Source of the DNA: Mantamonas sphyraenae STR306
Lineage: Eukaryota; Protista; CRuMs
Direction of reading: 5' to 3'
DNA: 64,000 nt
NCBI GenBank assembly: GCA_026936335.1
Contig: JAPMXV010000052.1
Span: 502,063-566,062, forward strand
Part shown: one piece after another, positions 10,501 to 21,510 of the stretch
Layout: each line of letters starts with the position of its first letter
How positions within the stretch are numbered: position 1 is the stretch's first letter
Program-made: the position numbers and the translations under genes
The notes under the pieces: model-generated
Seen by the model: only the letters and a program-made list of their open reading frames with translations
What the model was told of the DNA's origin: nothing
Database searches by the model: none

Positions 10501-13500
10501 GTGGAACCCACACTGCCACCACCGCCACCACTGCTACCACTGCTGCTGTTGCTGCTGCTGCTGTTTTCTTCGCTTGTCCTGTGCTTCGTAACGCGTTCGT
10601 TGTTTTCGGGCAATGCAAGGATGGAGAGCAGCCATTTGATGAGCTCCATGCTGTGAAAGTCGTCTCTGGCCATGTGAAGCAGCGTGGCCACACAACGAAG
10701 CTGGACGGGATCGATACCTGAAGCCCAGCTCCACTGTACGTACGTGCTTGCCTGCCTCTTTGTGGTGTCCCTGCTGGAGCCCTCCACGTCCATGTCGTCG
10801 TCGCCACCCACAGACTCTGCCTCGCCCAGAATCGACGTTGTGGACACCGATGGAGCCAGCAGCAGGGAATTGTGCTTCTTCCTGCGCGCGGTGCCTGCCT
10901 GACTCGAGGAGCCTTCTGTCTCACCGTCACCGCCGTGGTCACTCTCATCCTCCGAGTCCGAGTCACTGTCTGGGTGTTCGGTGGGCAGGTACACGTGTGC
11001 GTTGTTTGTAGGCTGTGGTGCAATCAGGTGCAGAGGGCGATCGGTTGTAAAGGCAAGGCGACCTTGGATGTGAGGGACCGAACGCAGGCTTTCGTGCAGC
11101 CATGAACTCATGCGGTGGACATCGAAATGTGTGCTCTCGTTCAACAACGTGGTGAGCTTGCTCCACGTGCGCTGCAGGGAATCCAGGCGGTCGCCCGAGC
11201 TGGAGCTGCCAGGCTGGGCCAGCTGGCGCAGGAGGTGGTTGACCAGGGCAGCAAAGGTGCGCACGTTGTATGTATAATCCATGGTGTGGAGGCCATAGAG
11301 GAGACGGCGCCTTGAGTTGAGACCTGAGCGAGTAAACTCAAAAACGGCAAACTGGGTGAGAAAGTGGTGGTGGCGTGTGTATGATGCCGTGCCACGTTGC
11401 GTGTCCTTGAGCGTGTCATGGACGAGCAGGCTACGCACGTAGCGCATGTGTGAAAACAATTCGACGCGAGCCAGTTCCGTAAAGAGGAGATGGAGGGAGA
11501 TCAGCTCGTTGGGACGCAAGGACGCAACGTCGAGGCTGTCCAGGAAAGAGTCCACAATGACGGCATGCATGCGGGTCTTGGCCACGTCTGCCTTTTGGCA
11601 GTGAGTCAGGAGCATGTGTACGACAAGGAAGGCCTTGCGCTGGATGTTGCCGCCGTCGCCACGAATGGCCCAGGTGAGTACAAACGAAACCAAGTCTGCG
11701 AGATTGCCAGCAAAGATACCATGGGAGGCATCGGCATTCTGGAGGAGGGCAGCCCACGATCGAGCAACTGCGCTCTGGCCTGGAGCCGGACCGAGGGTGG
11801 CAGATGAGGCTGCGGCGCCTGTGGGCCCTCCTGTGTTGTTGGAGTTGGAGGAACCCAGAGCAATGACGGGGGTGGTGGATGAAGAGAGGGCATGCGCCCC
11901 ACGGTGACCAAAGACACGCTTGGCGAGGGCTGTGGCGTTGCCTTGGAGGCGTCTGCGGTTGAGGATGGCAATTAGGTCCATGCGTTGGGAGGTGGATGTG
12001 CCCCTCAAGCGGGCAAGGTCATGGTGGCGTTTGTACAGAGAGAGGACGTTGCGTTGGAGAGCGGCATCAAGTTGGAGAACGGCGAGGTCATGCTGGAGGA
12101 CGCTAGTGTGGACGGCACTGCCCATGGACATGAGGATGTGTTGGAGAGAGGGAAGGGAAGGAGTGGAGGGGGCGCCACGCGCAGAGGCGGCATTGGTTGC
12201 GGCGGCGCTGGGGCCGACGACGAGACTGCGGACATCATCCGGGGGAGGGCCGAGAAGGTGCATGAGGGTTGTGTGCAGACTGAGTGTGTTGCGATGATGG
12301 TGTGCAGAGGTGATGTTGTTGGGCCCGTTGATGAGGACAGCGCGGAGAGTGTGCAAAGGGAGCGCCTGGGTGTCGACGAGGACGTCGGTGGCAGCTGTGA
12401 CGATGTGCTGGAAAATGTACATGGCGTTGGAAAGGACCTGTGATTGGAGCTGTGCTGGCGTGTTGCGCAGCATGGCTTGTGTGCGTGCGGCCGAGGAGCC
12501 CGACGAGATGCCCGGAGTGAGAGGGGTTGCAAAGGCCACGGACAGTTCGGTAGAGGGCGCAGAGAGGGATGTTCCGGGCCCAGGAGAGCGGGAGTGGGAC
12601 TGAAGGGCACCGAGGGCGCTGGCCACAGTCCAGATGCACGCACGTGTGCTGCGGAGGAGCTGGAGGACCATGGTTCGGGACTTGCAGATGTCGCCGATGA
12701 GCATGAGGACGACGTTCTGGATGGCGTGCCAGTGGAAACAGCGTTGCATATGATTGCTGTGGATATAGGCGAGCTGGTCGAGGAGCCAGTTGAGGAAGGA
12801 GGTCTTGTCCAAGAGGCCTTGATGGTAGTGGACGAGAGCAAGCTGGACGACGTAAGTCCAGTGAGCCTGAAGGGAGTCGAGATGGCTTTGGAGCTGTTGA
12901 ATGCTCATGGCATGGGCACCATTGGTCTCAAGGGAGAAGCCACGTCCCGGGGTGGCATTGGAATTTGTGCCCGGGGTGCGCAGCGGAGTGCGGTGAGAGC
13001 TGTGGGCGGTCGTGGAAGAGCCTGATGCGCTTCCACTGTCCGTGGATACCTTGTCGACGTTGTTGATGACTGTGTTGAGGTATTCCACAATGTGCTTTGT
13101 CCATTCCTCGCGGCGCAGCTTGCGGGTGGTGTTCTGCAATTGGCGGGTGAGTGTCGTTGTCTTTCTTCAAGGCTGTGGAGCTACACGCACACACACACAC
13201 TTACGTTGCTGGCGTCATCTTTGGGATTGAAGCCAAACTTCTTTTGACCGACGTAGATGACCTTGACGGCCCAGGTGGCGCGAAGGAAGGGAACGCGGTG
13301 CTCGGCAAGCTGACTGAGCAGACGGACGCCAAGGAATCCATGGGGCACGCGCTCCATGCTGTCCAGGGGCACACGGGCATCGGCAAGGCGGGCAAAGAAG
13401 GAATGGTGGGCTCTGCTGTCGAGTTCTGGAAAGAGCTGACTCTTGCGGCGAAAGACCTGCCTGGAGGCGGCGCGTCGTGCGAGAGAACGCTTGTTCTGGG

Positions 13501-13906
13501 CCTTTTGCTGGATGGTGGATACCATGGAGGCAGAGCTTGTGAGGAACTGCTGGATGTAGTCGCGACGTGGGGCAAACACGCTTGCGTAGGAATCGTGCTC
13601 GTTGCGACGTGTCTGGGTGTGTTGGAAGTAGTACCCGTTCATCACGGCGTCGACGTTCAGATGCTCATGCTGGATGTACTCCAGGCCTCGTGTTTCCTCC
13701 AAATCATAAAAATCTGGGGTGCCGTGCTTGCCAAGGTCTCTGCGCGCAGCACTGGCTGGGCGTGTGAGGCGGTACAAGCGCGTGCGTGCAAGTCGTGGCT
13801 GGCCGGCGTTGTGTGCGGGACCTGCAGAGGATGACGCAGAGGCAGCCGACGCGGCCAAACCAGAGGAAGAGGATGCAAGAGACGATGAGGCTGTATTGCG
13901 GCTCAT
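7527..13906 (-). CDS. MED12: Mediator kinase-module subunit MED12-like (exons 13906-13205 and 13133-7527)
   Basis: The N-terminal exon has a Med12 domain pattern FFARLADARVPLDSMERVPHGFLGVRLLSQLAEHRVPFLRATWAVK. A phase-0 intron (13134-13204) joins it to an ~1,870-aa helical ORF with the following W.Y...L...Y.QGLLD...FL.W motif. Confidence 0.8.
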
Positions 13907-13915
13907 GGCTGTGGC

Positions 13916-15269
13916 TCAGCCAGACTTTGCCTTTTTGTTGTTCAGAACGCGCTTGAGGTCTGTACGTTGTGGCGACGGGGCAGTGTGTGAGGAGCAGGGT
14001 GTGGAAAGAGGGATGATTGGGCGATTATGTGTGTGTGTGTGGGGGGGGGTGGGTGAAGGGAGGAGGGGGAGAGGCACGAGGAATGGGAGCAAAGGGGCAA
14101 ACGCACTCTTGGACGGGTTCTTGATGTTGACCTTGGGCTCGGGCTTGGCCTTCATAAAGTCCTGGAGGCGCTTGCCGACGCCAAAGTAGAACCAAGCGCC
14201 AATGGCGAAGAGGGCGACGATGACGATGGAGTTGAGGATGTCTGCAGTCTCCGGGGCGAGCTCGTTGCCGTAGATGGGATCGGTTTCGCCAAAGCGGAGG
14301 TAGCTGCGAGGGTCAGGGGTCATGGGGAAGGGGAACCGGGCCAAGGAGTGAGTGTGGGTGGGGGGTGCGTGACAGGCAAGGGGCCTGGGTGGGGATGAGG
14401 GCGAGTGGAGAGGAGAGGGGCCGAGCGTGGGGAGGTGAAAGGAAGATGCCACGTGTCCGTGTCGGAGGGGAAACCGGGAACTGGAGGACAGGGTGGACAG
14501 GGGGGCCCACATACCGGTCATAGGCCTTGCGCAGCTTCTTATCCTTGAGCACACCGTAGGCTTCGGTGACCTCGGCGTACTTCTTGGCAGCATCCTCGCC
14601 GCTGTTGCTATCCGGGTGGTACAGCTTGCTGAGGCGGATGAAAGCGCGCTTGATGGCCTTTGCGTTTGCGTTTGTGTCGACGTCCAGGACGTTGTAGTAG
14701 CTCTTGTCCTCTGCACGGTGCGGGAAGGGTGCACCATGGGACGGAAGCGTGGGAAGAGAGTGAGCGCGGGAGGCAAACGGGGCAATGGCGTTGACGGCGA
14801 GTGGGGCAAAGTGTGGCGCATGTCATGTTGGACAGAACGCCACAACAGGCTAGGCAGACACAGGGGGAGGCAAAGGCGTGCTGGAAACAAGGCGCATGAG
14901 GCGTATTCATGTGCACGGCATGATAGAAGGGCAAGGGCATGGGTGGGTAGGCGATGACGGGGCGTGGGAAGCTGAGGTCGACGGGCAACAACAAGAACGG
15001 GCTGTGCACGTACCGGGCATCTTGCGGGCCATTTCCAGCATGGAGAGGATGCGCTGCTTCTCCTCCTCTCGCTTGCGAGCATCACGCTCTGCACGCTTCT
15101 TCTCCTTGTCGGCCTTGGTCTGTTGGTTCTTGGAAGCCTCTGCAGAGGCCTCGACTGTAGGCTGGCTCTTCTTGTCCTCGGCAGCGGGAGCCGCAGAGGC
15201 GCCGTGGCACAGAGCCAGAACGCACAGGGCCACCAGGGCCACGAGAATGATCACACGTCGAGTCTGCAT
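13916..15269 (-). CDS. Signal-peptide DnaJ/Hsp40 J-domain membrane protein (4 exons)
   Basis: Signal peptide MQTRRVIILVALVALCVLALCHGASA; J-domain YYNVLDVDTNANAKAIKRAFIRLSKLYHPD...YAEVTEAYGVLKDKKLRKAYDR with HPD; one TM helix (IVIVALFAIGAWFYFGV); basic tail. Confidence 0.85.
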
Positions 15270-15353
15270 CACGGGTCGGGTTTGGATTGGGATGGATGGC
15301 GGAGGGCGAACGGTGCTGCGCTGGCCCGTCCAAAGAGCCGATCCACCGTCGCC
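15270..15353. promoter_or_regulatory. Probable bidirectional promoter between the DnaJ gene and ATG8
   Basis: Only 84 bp separate the divergent ATGs at 15269 (-) and 15354 (+). Inferred from layout only. Confidence 0.5.
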
Positions 15354-16166
<813 letters not shown>

Positions 16167-16258
16167 GCGCGGTTCATTTTCCAACAAAAGCGGTCACACA
16201 AGTCATTATTATCAGCTGTAAGAGGAGCGCAGTGTTGCTCTAGGCACTGCTAGTAATC

Positions 16259-19200
16259 TTGTCGCATGTGCAGTCCGGAGGTGGCAGAGACGAGCGCAGG
16301 GAAACAACAGACCAGCAACAGGCCAACACTCTGGACCGCTATTTGGGAATCCATCGCAAGGAACTGGTGGGTACCAACTGGCACACATCGGAGCTGTCGA
16401 AGAACAGGTTCACGAGTAGACCGTGCCAGCCCCCACGCACCCAACTCTGCATGACCATGGACGGGATCGCCGACGATGAAGTGCTGGAGGTAGCCAAGTC
16501 CATGCCCTCTGTGGTCAACGCCGAGTATGACAACGAGCACCGCTTGGTGGTGACACTGCTCAAACCTCCCCCACCGCTGCACATGTCGCCAAAACTTGAC
16601 CTGTTGCGGCGCCTGGGATTGTCTGACGGCACACCTGCCGAGAATGGGCTGAGCGACAAGGAGACCGATGATGCAGAGGAGAAGCTTCCAATGGATACTA
16701 TCACACGCGTTGATGAGTTGGACCAGGAAGAACTGGCTCAGCTTTTGGTGTTTTCCGGAAAGAAGAAGGGCCGGAAAGGGAAAGAACGCCTGAAGCTGGT
16801 GCAGGACTCTCTGGACGAGCTGGCACTTGACGAGTGGCAGGCGTACTGGAATGGACTGCATGAAACAGTACGGGAAGACTTGGAACGCGCAACCCAACGT
16901 CAGAGTGAGGAGCTAAAGAACATGGAGGAAGGCCATGCACAAACACAGCTGTCCTCCAACTCTCTAGAGAGCCTCAAACTGGCACTCACAGTGTACTTCA
17001 GAGTCGTAGAGACCGTCGAGAACGAGCAGGCCCAGAGAGATGCCGAAATGGAGCCATCTGCCAGCAGCAGCAGCAGCAGCAGTAGCAGCAGCAGTGGCGG
17101 CCGGAATCGCGGAAATGCGAAGGGAAAAGGCAAAAAGACCAAAGGAAAAGGCAAGAAGAAGAAGGATGATACACGGAGTGAGAAGGAAAGGGTGGTTGAT
17201 GACCTGTGCGAACTGGTTTCGGATGGAAAGGCCACGCTCGAGGGCCTGGTGTCGTTGTTGGCCACCATTGGGAACAACGGCACCCGCAAGAAGCTTCAGC
17301 CATGCAAGGAGGTGTTCGGCTTGCAACATGTACAACACACGGGGTGGGATATGACAAACCGGGAGGCGAGAACACTCGTTGTCGACCTGCATCTGGTTAC
17401 GTCTGTCTTCGTCAAGAGCCCGTCGTCCACCACAACGCTGAGCAGCAGCCACAAGGGCATCAGGCAGCTGCTGTGCCTTGTGCGCAGTGCCAAGTACGAG
17501 CAGATCTGTTTCGTTTCTTCAAAGCCAACGCTCGACGCGGCCCTGCGTGGGCAATGCCCTCCTGGCGACCAGATTGCGGCCACACGCTCTCTATCTCGGC
17601 TTTGTGCCTTGCACTCTCTGGGTGAGAGCGCCAACAGCCGGCAGAAGCGTGCTGCTGCAGTGGCAGGGTCGAGCGATGTCAACGTGGCGCAGGGGGTGTG
17701 GCTGATCCGCAATGCCATCCCGTCGGATGTCACTGAGGTTACCATGGACGAAGCATTGGAGGAGGAGTGCCTGGATGTGGTCAGCAACAATCTCAAACTG
17801 CCCTCTGTGATGTATGTGCTAGGCTTCGAAGGCAGGCTCGCCTGGTTTTCACCCGAGGCCATCCACGACTTCCCGCAGTGTGCGGACCTTGAAGGCGCAG
17901 CTGAAGAGACGGACGCAGCCGAGGAGGAGAACAAGGAGGAGAACACGGGTGAAGAGGAGGGCACAGCTGACGAGGAAAACACAGCTGAAGAGGAGGAGGG
18001 CAAGCAAGCCGGGGATGCACAAGATGATGGAGACCCTCTGCACGGAAAACACGTTGTTCAGCAGCTGCAAAAGCATGGTACGGCCGCAAAACTTGCCCTG
18101 CAGCAGGCCGTTCGCCATGTACAGGCATTCAACGACGTGACGCAGCACCAAGGGGACGTTGGGGCCCGGTTGGAGGTGATTGAGACCGAGTTTGAGCAAC
18201 TGCTGGAAACGGCGATCGAGAAGGCTGACGACGCAGAGGGAAGTACAACCACCACCGGCTCGTTGCACGAGTACACGCTGGACGGTGTGGTGCTCGAACG
18301 GAACGCAGTCGGGGCGCTTGTTTGCGGGATGCACACGGGCATGGTGGGCCTGCCATTCACGAAGCACCAGCGGACCGTGATTGTGGAGACGTTGACATCT
18401 CAATCACCGAAAGACTGCCTCAGCTTGAGGTTTGTCAAGAAGAAGCTGGTGGCGGTCAAGAGAAACGTTGCGGTGCTTGGAGCCGCTGGGGCAACCCCGT
18501 GTTCTGATCGAATGCGCACATACACGCCTGCAGGCGTGGTGCAGGAGGCACTGGGCACGGATACCATGGACTGGGCTCTGCTCAACAGGCTGTGCACCTA
18601 CGCGCGCGCATCCCAAGGCAACGTGAACCTGCTTGCCGAACCTGTGCTGGTTGAACACACCATTCAGCTTCCACACACACTTGCAGTCCACAAACGGCAT
18701 GAAGTGGAGCTCAAGGACGGCAAGAGGGGGGTCAACGTGAGCATGCACTCTGTGCTCCCGCGCGACGACGAGTTTCTGGATGCCGATTTACAGGAAGCGT
18801 TCCGCGTCTTGAGCAGCAGTACACAGGCCCAGGGGGGTCCGCAACTGTCGAAAGAGGAGGCAAAGGTCATTGGGGATATGGTGAAGAGGCTGCAAAGTGA
18901 GCGACCAGGCAGCGCCGAGGGAGACGGGGGATCGCGCACGGATGATGCCGAGATCGATGCACGCGACGATCCGCAGGCACAAAGAAGCAGTGTGGCATCG
19001 AGCAGCAGTGCGGAAAAGGCGATGCAGCAGGACACAGCGAATGACACCACGCAGCTCGACGTGCATGCCCCGCTCCGCAGCGCACGCTGGAAAGAGGTAT
19101 CAGAAGTCACAAAGTCGTTGGGCAATGCGAGTTCACAGTGGGCGCCCGTGCATGAGTGCACGGCAGCTAAACAACTGAAGGCTGTGTCCAGGCTTGCCAA

Positions 19201-21508
19201 CGACGTGAAGGTGGAGGAAATGGCACGCGTTAACAAGCTGCTGAAGAATGAGCCCACAGAGCTGGTGCGAGGTGGAGACGCACGCTCCAGCCGCGCCAGC
19301 AAGCAAAAAGCTAAATCAGCGCTGTCTTCTCGTGATCGAGAGCTTGTGCCGAGCGTATCAACGCTGCAGCTCGCCTTCCAGGCGGCCCGAAGCAACTCCA
19401 AAGCCGCGACCGAGCTCGGCCCAAAACCGACCCTCTCCCCATTCATGTGCGAAACCCTGGTCAAGTTCACTGCAGCAGAAGTCAAGGCAAAGGTGACAGC
19501 GTCTTCTGTGCCCATCAGGTTTGGCCAATGCGTCGAGAAGGCGCTGGACCTGCTCGGCGGCGATTCTCAAAACCCTGAGGCAGTGACTGCAGCGCGAGAC
19601 CTCGCTGTGTGTGCAATCGCTAGGTTGGAATACTGGACGGTGAACGGGGTGCTGAAGACGCTGTCTAACCACGAGGTAAGCACAACGGATTGGAAGGTGC
19701 TGGACTGGAAGAGGAAAAAGACTCTCAATTCCAAGGAGTGGAGGGATCACGTGGTGAGTATGTACACCAAGCGACACGGAGAACGCGGTGTCGCAATGCT
19801 GGAGTGCTTGGGTGAGATTCTGGAGAACGACGGGGTGAACAGCTTTTTCGACACGGACACGACCACGGAGGAAGAGGACGATGGGGAGGAGCAGGCGGAG
19901 GACACTGTCGACCACGCAGTCGTTCAACACCTGCAGAGCTCTGGTGTACAGTTCAACAGCGACGACAAACAACTCGTTCTCACCCCAACCCATTTCAATC
20001 CGGGAGGCGGTTTGAGCGCGTTGCTGCCAACGGGCTCAGTGAAGTCAACCCCAGATGCACTGGCGCATTGGGACGTGGTCAAGACGTCTCCCTTCCTGTA
20101 TACGGAGGAGTATCTGTCCGTAGCGGAGTACGACGCGAGCTGGCACCGAAGGGTTCATGGGCTCCCTGTTGACAAGCACTCGGGGCTCACGGCGCCAGCA
20201 CTCGCAGCGTTGCCGATGCTGCTCTTCATGGCTCCCCTGGTGAGCCGCATGAGCCGACAGATTCTCGACGCATGGTGCGGTGGATGGAGCGTATCGCCGG
20301 AAGGGAGGCTTCGCGTCGTGTTGTACAAGGCTGCGAAGGCAACAGCAAAGACCAACGACCTGCAGGAGATCCTCCAGCCCACTGATGGATTCAGGAGGGC
20401 GATCAAGATGGCGCGTGAGAACCTGAGCAAAGCACACGACGTGCACACCCAGCGGCAACTTGCCAAAGACTTTGTGCGCGTGCTGGTGACGGCCAAGCGC
20501 GCTGGGCTGGGCAAACAGGTCGTGCAGGCGTTTGGATTCGACCTGGGGTTTGACTGGCTTGCCCGTGTGCCTGGTCATAGCCGTACGGGAAGGAAACACC
20601 AACGGGACTTTTCGGGTATCCACGGCGACCCATCGCTTGTCAAGGACACCGTGTTCTTGGTGGACGACATTGGGAGACGCAAAGACACATACTGTGTGTA
20701 TGTGTGGGATGGGAACGAGCTGCTGCAACACAAGATCGGCAACCCTTCGCACTCGGACCTGAGAGCGAAGGCCCACCTGCATCGGCTCGCACGGTTGGAC
20801 AAGCACAAAGACAAGCACAAGTGGAGGGCCGAGCATGAACACAGCAGAAAGGTACTACGACAAGAGGCTCAGCGCCTGGTGAGCATCACGCGGCAGGTCG
20901 CAAAGGCCTTCGGAAAAGCGCACTGTGTGCTGCTCGCGCAGAGCAAATTCTATGGCGGGCTATCACTGTCAAACAGGGTCAACACACTGATTGCAGAGGA
21001 GATGCCTTGGGTGGATGTGGCTGAGTGGCACACGTCCAGCGTGTGCTTGTGCGGGCGAGCACTCACACGCACGGTGGAGCACACTGTGTCGAAGTGGGAT
21101 CGCCAGTTGGCCTGTCTGCACTGTGGAGGGTCCCAAAACCACCACAACGCCCGCACGGCTCTGTTTGCGTACATTCAGGACAAGATTGGGCTGCCGATCA
21201 TTTCGGATCGCGATGTGCGGGGATGCCAGGGAATCGTGTGGCGGATGATGTGCTTGTGGGCAACGGGGAAGGAGCCAGAGGCATTCAGCCCCAGGTGCAA
21301 GAAAGCGCAGAAGAAGAAATGCGCAGAGGAAGAGCTGAAAGGGTGCCTGCAGCGCGTGTTTGGAGATGCAGAGCCTAAAACGGAGGTGATCGAGGTTACG
21401 TTGCAAGAGCAAGACAAGCAGTCGGAAGAGATGGCGCAACCTACGAGGAGAAGTGCAAGGATTGCTGGGAAGCGACGAGCGGATGTACAGGGAGGGGGGA
21501 AGGAGTGA
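16259..21508 (+). CDS. Very large Fanzor (eukaryotic TnpB-like RNA-guided endonuclease), intronless; 1749 aa from TTG or 1685 aa from the first ATG at 16451
   Basis: C-terminal RuvC-I VFLVDDIGRR (D1470, 20666), RuvC-II WVDVAEWHTSSVC (E1589, 21023), zinc finger CLC...CLHC (C1596/C1598, C1619/C1622), RuvC-III SDRDVRGCQGI (D1652, 21212), then ATGKEPEAFSPR resembling the Fanzor1 G..RP..F.R tail. Basic NLS-like end TRRSARIAGKRR. Confidence 0.82.
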   Translation: MSHVQSGGGRDERRETTDQQQANTLDRYLGIHRKELVGTNWHTSELSKNRFTSRPCQPPRTQLCMTMDGIADDEVLEVAKSMPSVVNAEYDNEHRLVVTLLKPPPPLHMSPKLDLLRRLGLSDGTPAENGLSDKETDDAEEKLPMDTITRVDELDQEELAQLLVFSGKKKGRKGKERLKLVQDSLDELALDEWQAYWNGLHETVREDLERATQRQSEELKNMEEGHAQTQLSSNSLESLKLALTVYFRVVETVENEQAQRDAEMEPSASSSSSSSSSSSGGRNRGNAKGKGKKTKGKGKKKKDDTRSEKERVVDDLCELVSDGKATLEGLVSLLATIGNNGTRKKLQPCKEVFGLQHVQHTGWDMTNREARTLVVDLHLVTSVFVKSPSSTTTLSSSHKGIRQLLCLVRSAKYEQICFVSSKPTLDAALRGQCPPGDQIAATRSLSRLCALHSLGESANSRQKRAAAVAGSSDVNVAQGVWLIRNAIPSDVTEVTMDEALEEECLDVVSNNLKLPSVMYVLGFEGRLAWFSPEAIHDFPQCADLEGAAEETDAAEEENKEENTGEEEGTADEENTAEEEEGKQAGDAQDDGDPLHGKHVVQQLQKHGTAAKLALQQAVRHVQAFNDVTQHQGDVGARLEVIETEFEQLLETAIEKADDAEGSTTTTGSLHEYTLDGVVLERNAVGALVCGMHTGMVGLPFTKHQRTVIVETLTSQSPKDCLSLRFVKKKLVAVKRNVAVLGAAGATPCSDRMRTYTPAGVVQEALGTDTMDWALLNRLCTYARASQGNVNLLAEPVLVEHTIQLPHTLAVHKRHEVELKDGKRGVNVSMHSVLPRDDEFLDADLQEAFRVLSSSTQAQGGPQLSKEEAKVIGDMVKRLQSERPGSAEGDGGSRTDDAEIDARDDPQAQRSSVASSSSAEKAMQQDTANDTTQLDVHAPLRSARWKEVSEVTKSLGNASSQWAPVHECTAAKQLKAVSRLANDVKVEEMARVNKLLKNEPTELVRGGDARSSRASKQKAKSALSSRDRELVPSVSTLQLAFQAARSNSKAATELGPKPTLSPFMCETLVKFTAAEVKAKVTASSVPIRFGQCVEKALDLLGGDSQNPEAVTAARDLAVCAIARLEYWTVNGVLKTLSNHEVSTTDWKVLDWKRKKTLNSKEWRDHVVSMYTKRHGERGVAMLECLGEILENDGVNSFFDTDTTTEEEDDGEEQAEDTVDHAVVQHLQSSGVQFNSDDKQLVLTPTHFNPGGGLSALLPTGSVKSTPDALAHWDVVKTSPFLYTEEYLSVAEYDASWHRRVHGLPVDKHSGLTAPALAALPMLLFMAPLVSRMSRQILDAWCGGWSVSPEGRLRVVLYKAAKATAKTNDLQEILQPTDGFRRAIKMARENLSKAHDVHTQRQLAKDFVRVLVTAKRAGLGKQVVQAFGFDLGFDWLARVPGHSRTGRKHQRDFSGIHGDPSLVKDTVFLVDDIGRRKDTYCVYVWDGNELLQHKIGNPSHSDLRAKAHLHRLARLDKHKDKHKWRAEHEHSRKVLRQEAQRLVSITRQVAKAFGKAHCVLLAQSKFYGGLSLSNRVNTLIAEEMPWVDVAEWHTSSVCLCGRALTRTVEHTVSKWDRQLACLHCGGSQNHHNARTALFAYIQDKIGLPIISDRDVRGCQGIVWRMMCLWATGKEPEAFSPRCKKAQKKKCAEEELKGCLQRVFGDAEPKTEVIEVTLQEQDKQSEEMAQPTRRSARIAGKRRADVQGGGKE

Positions 21509-21510
21509 GA

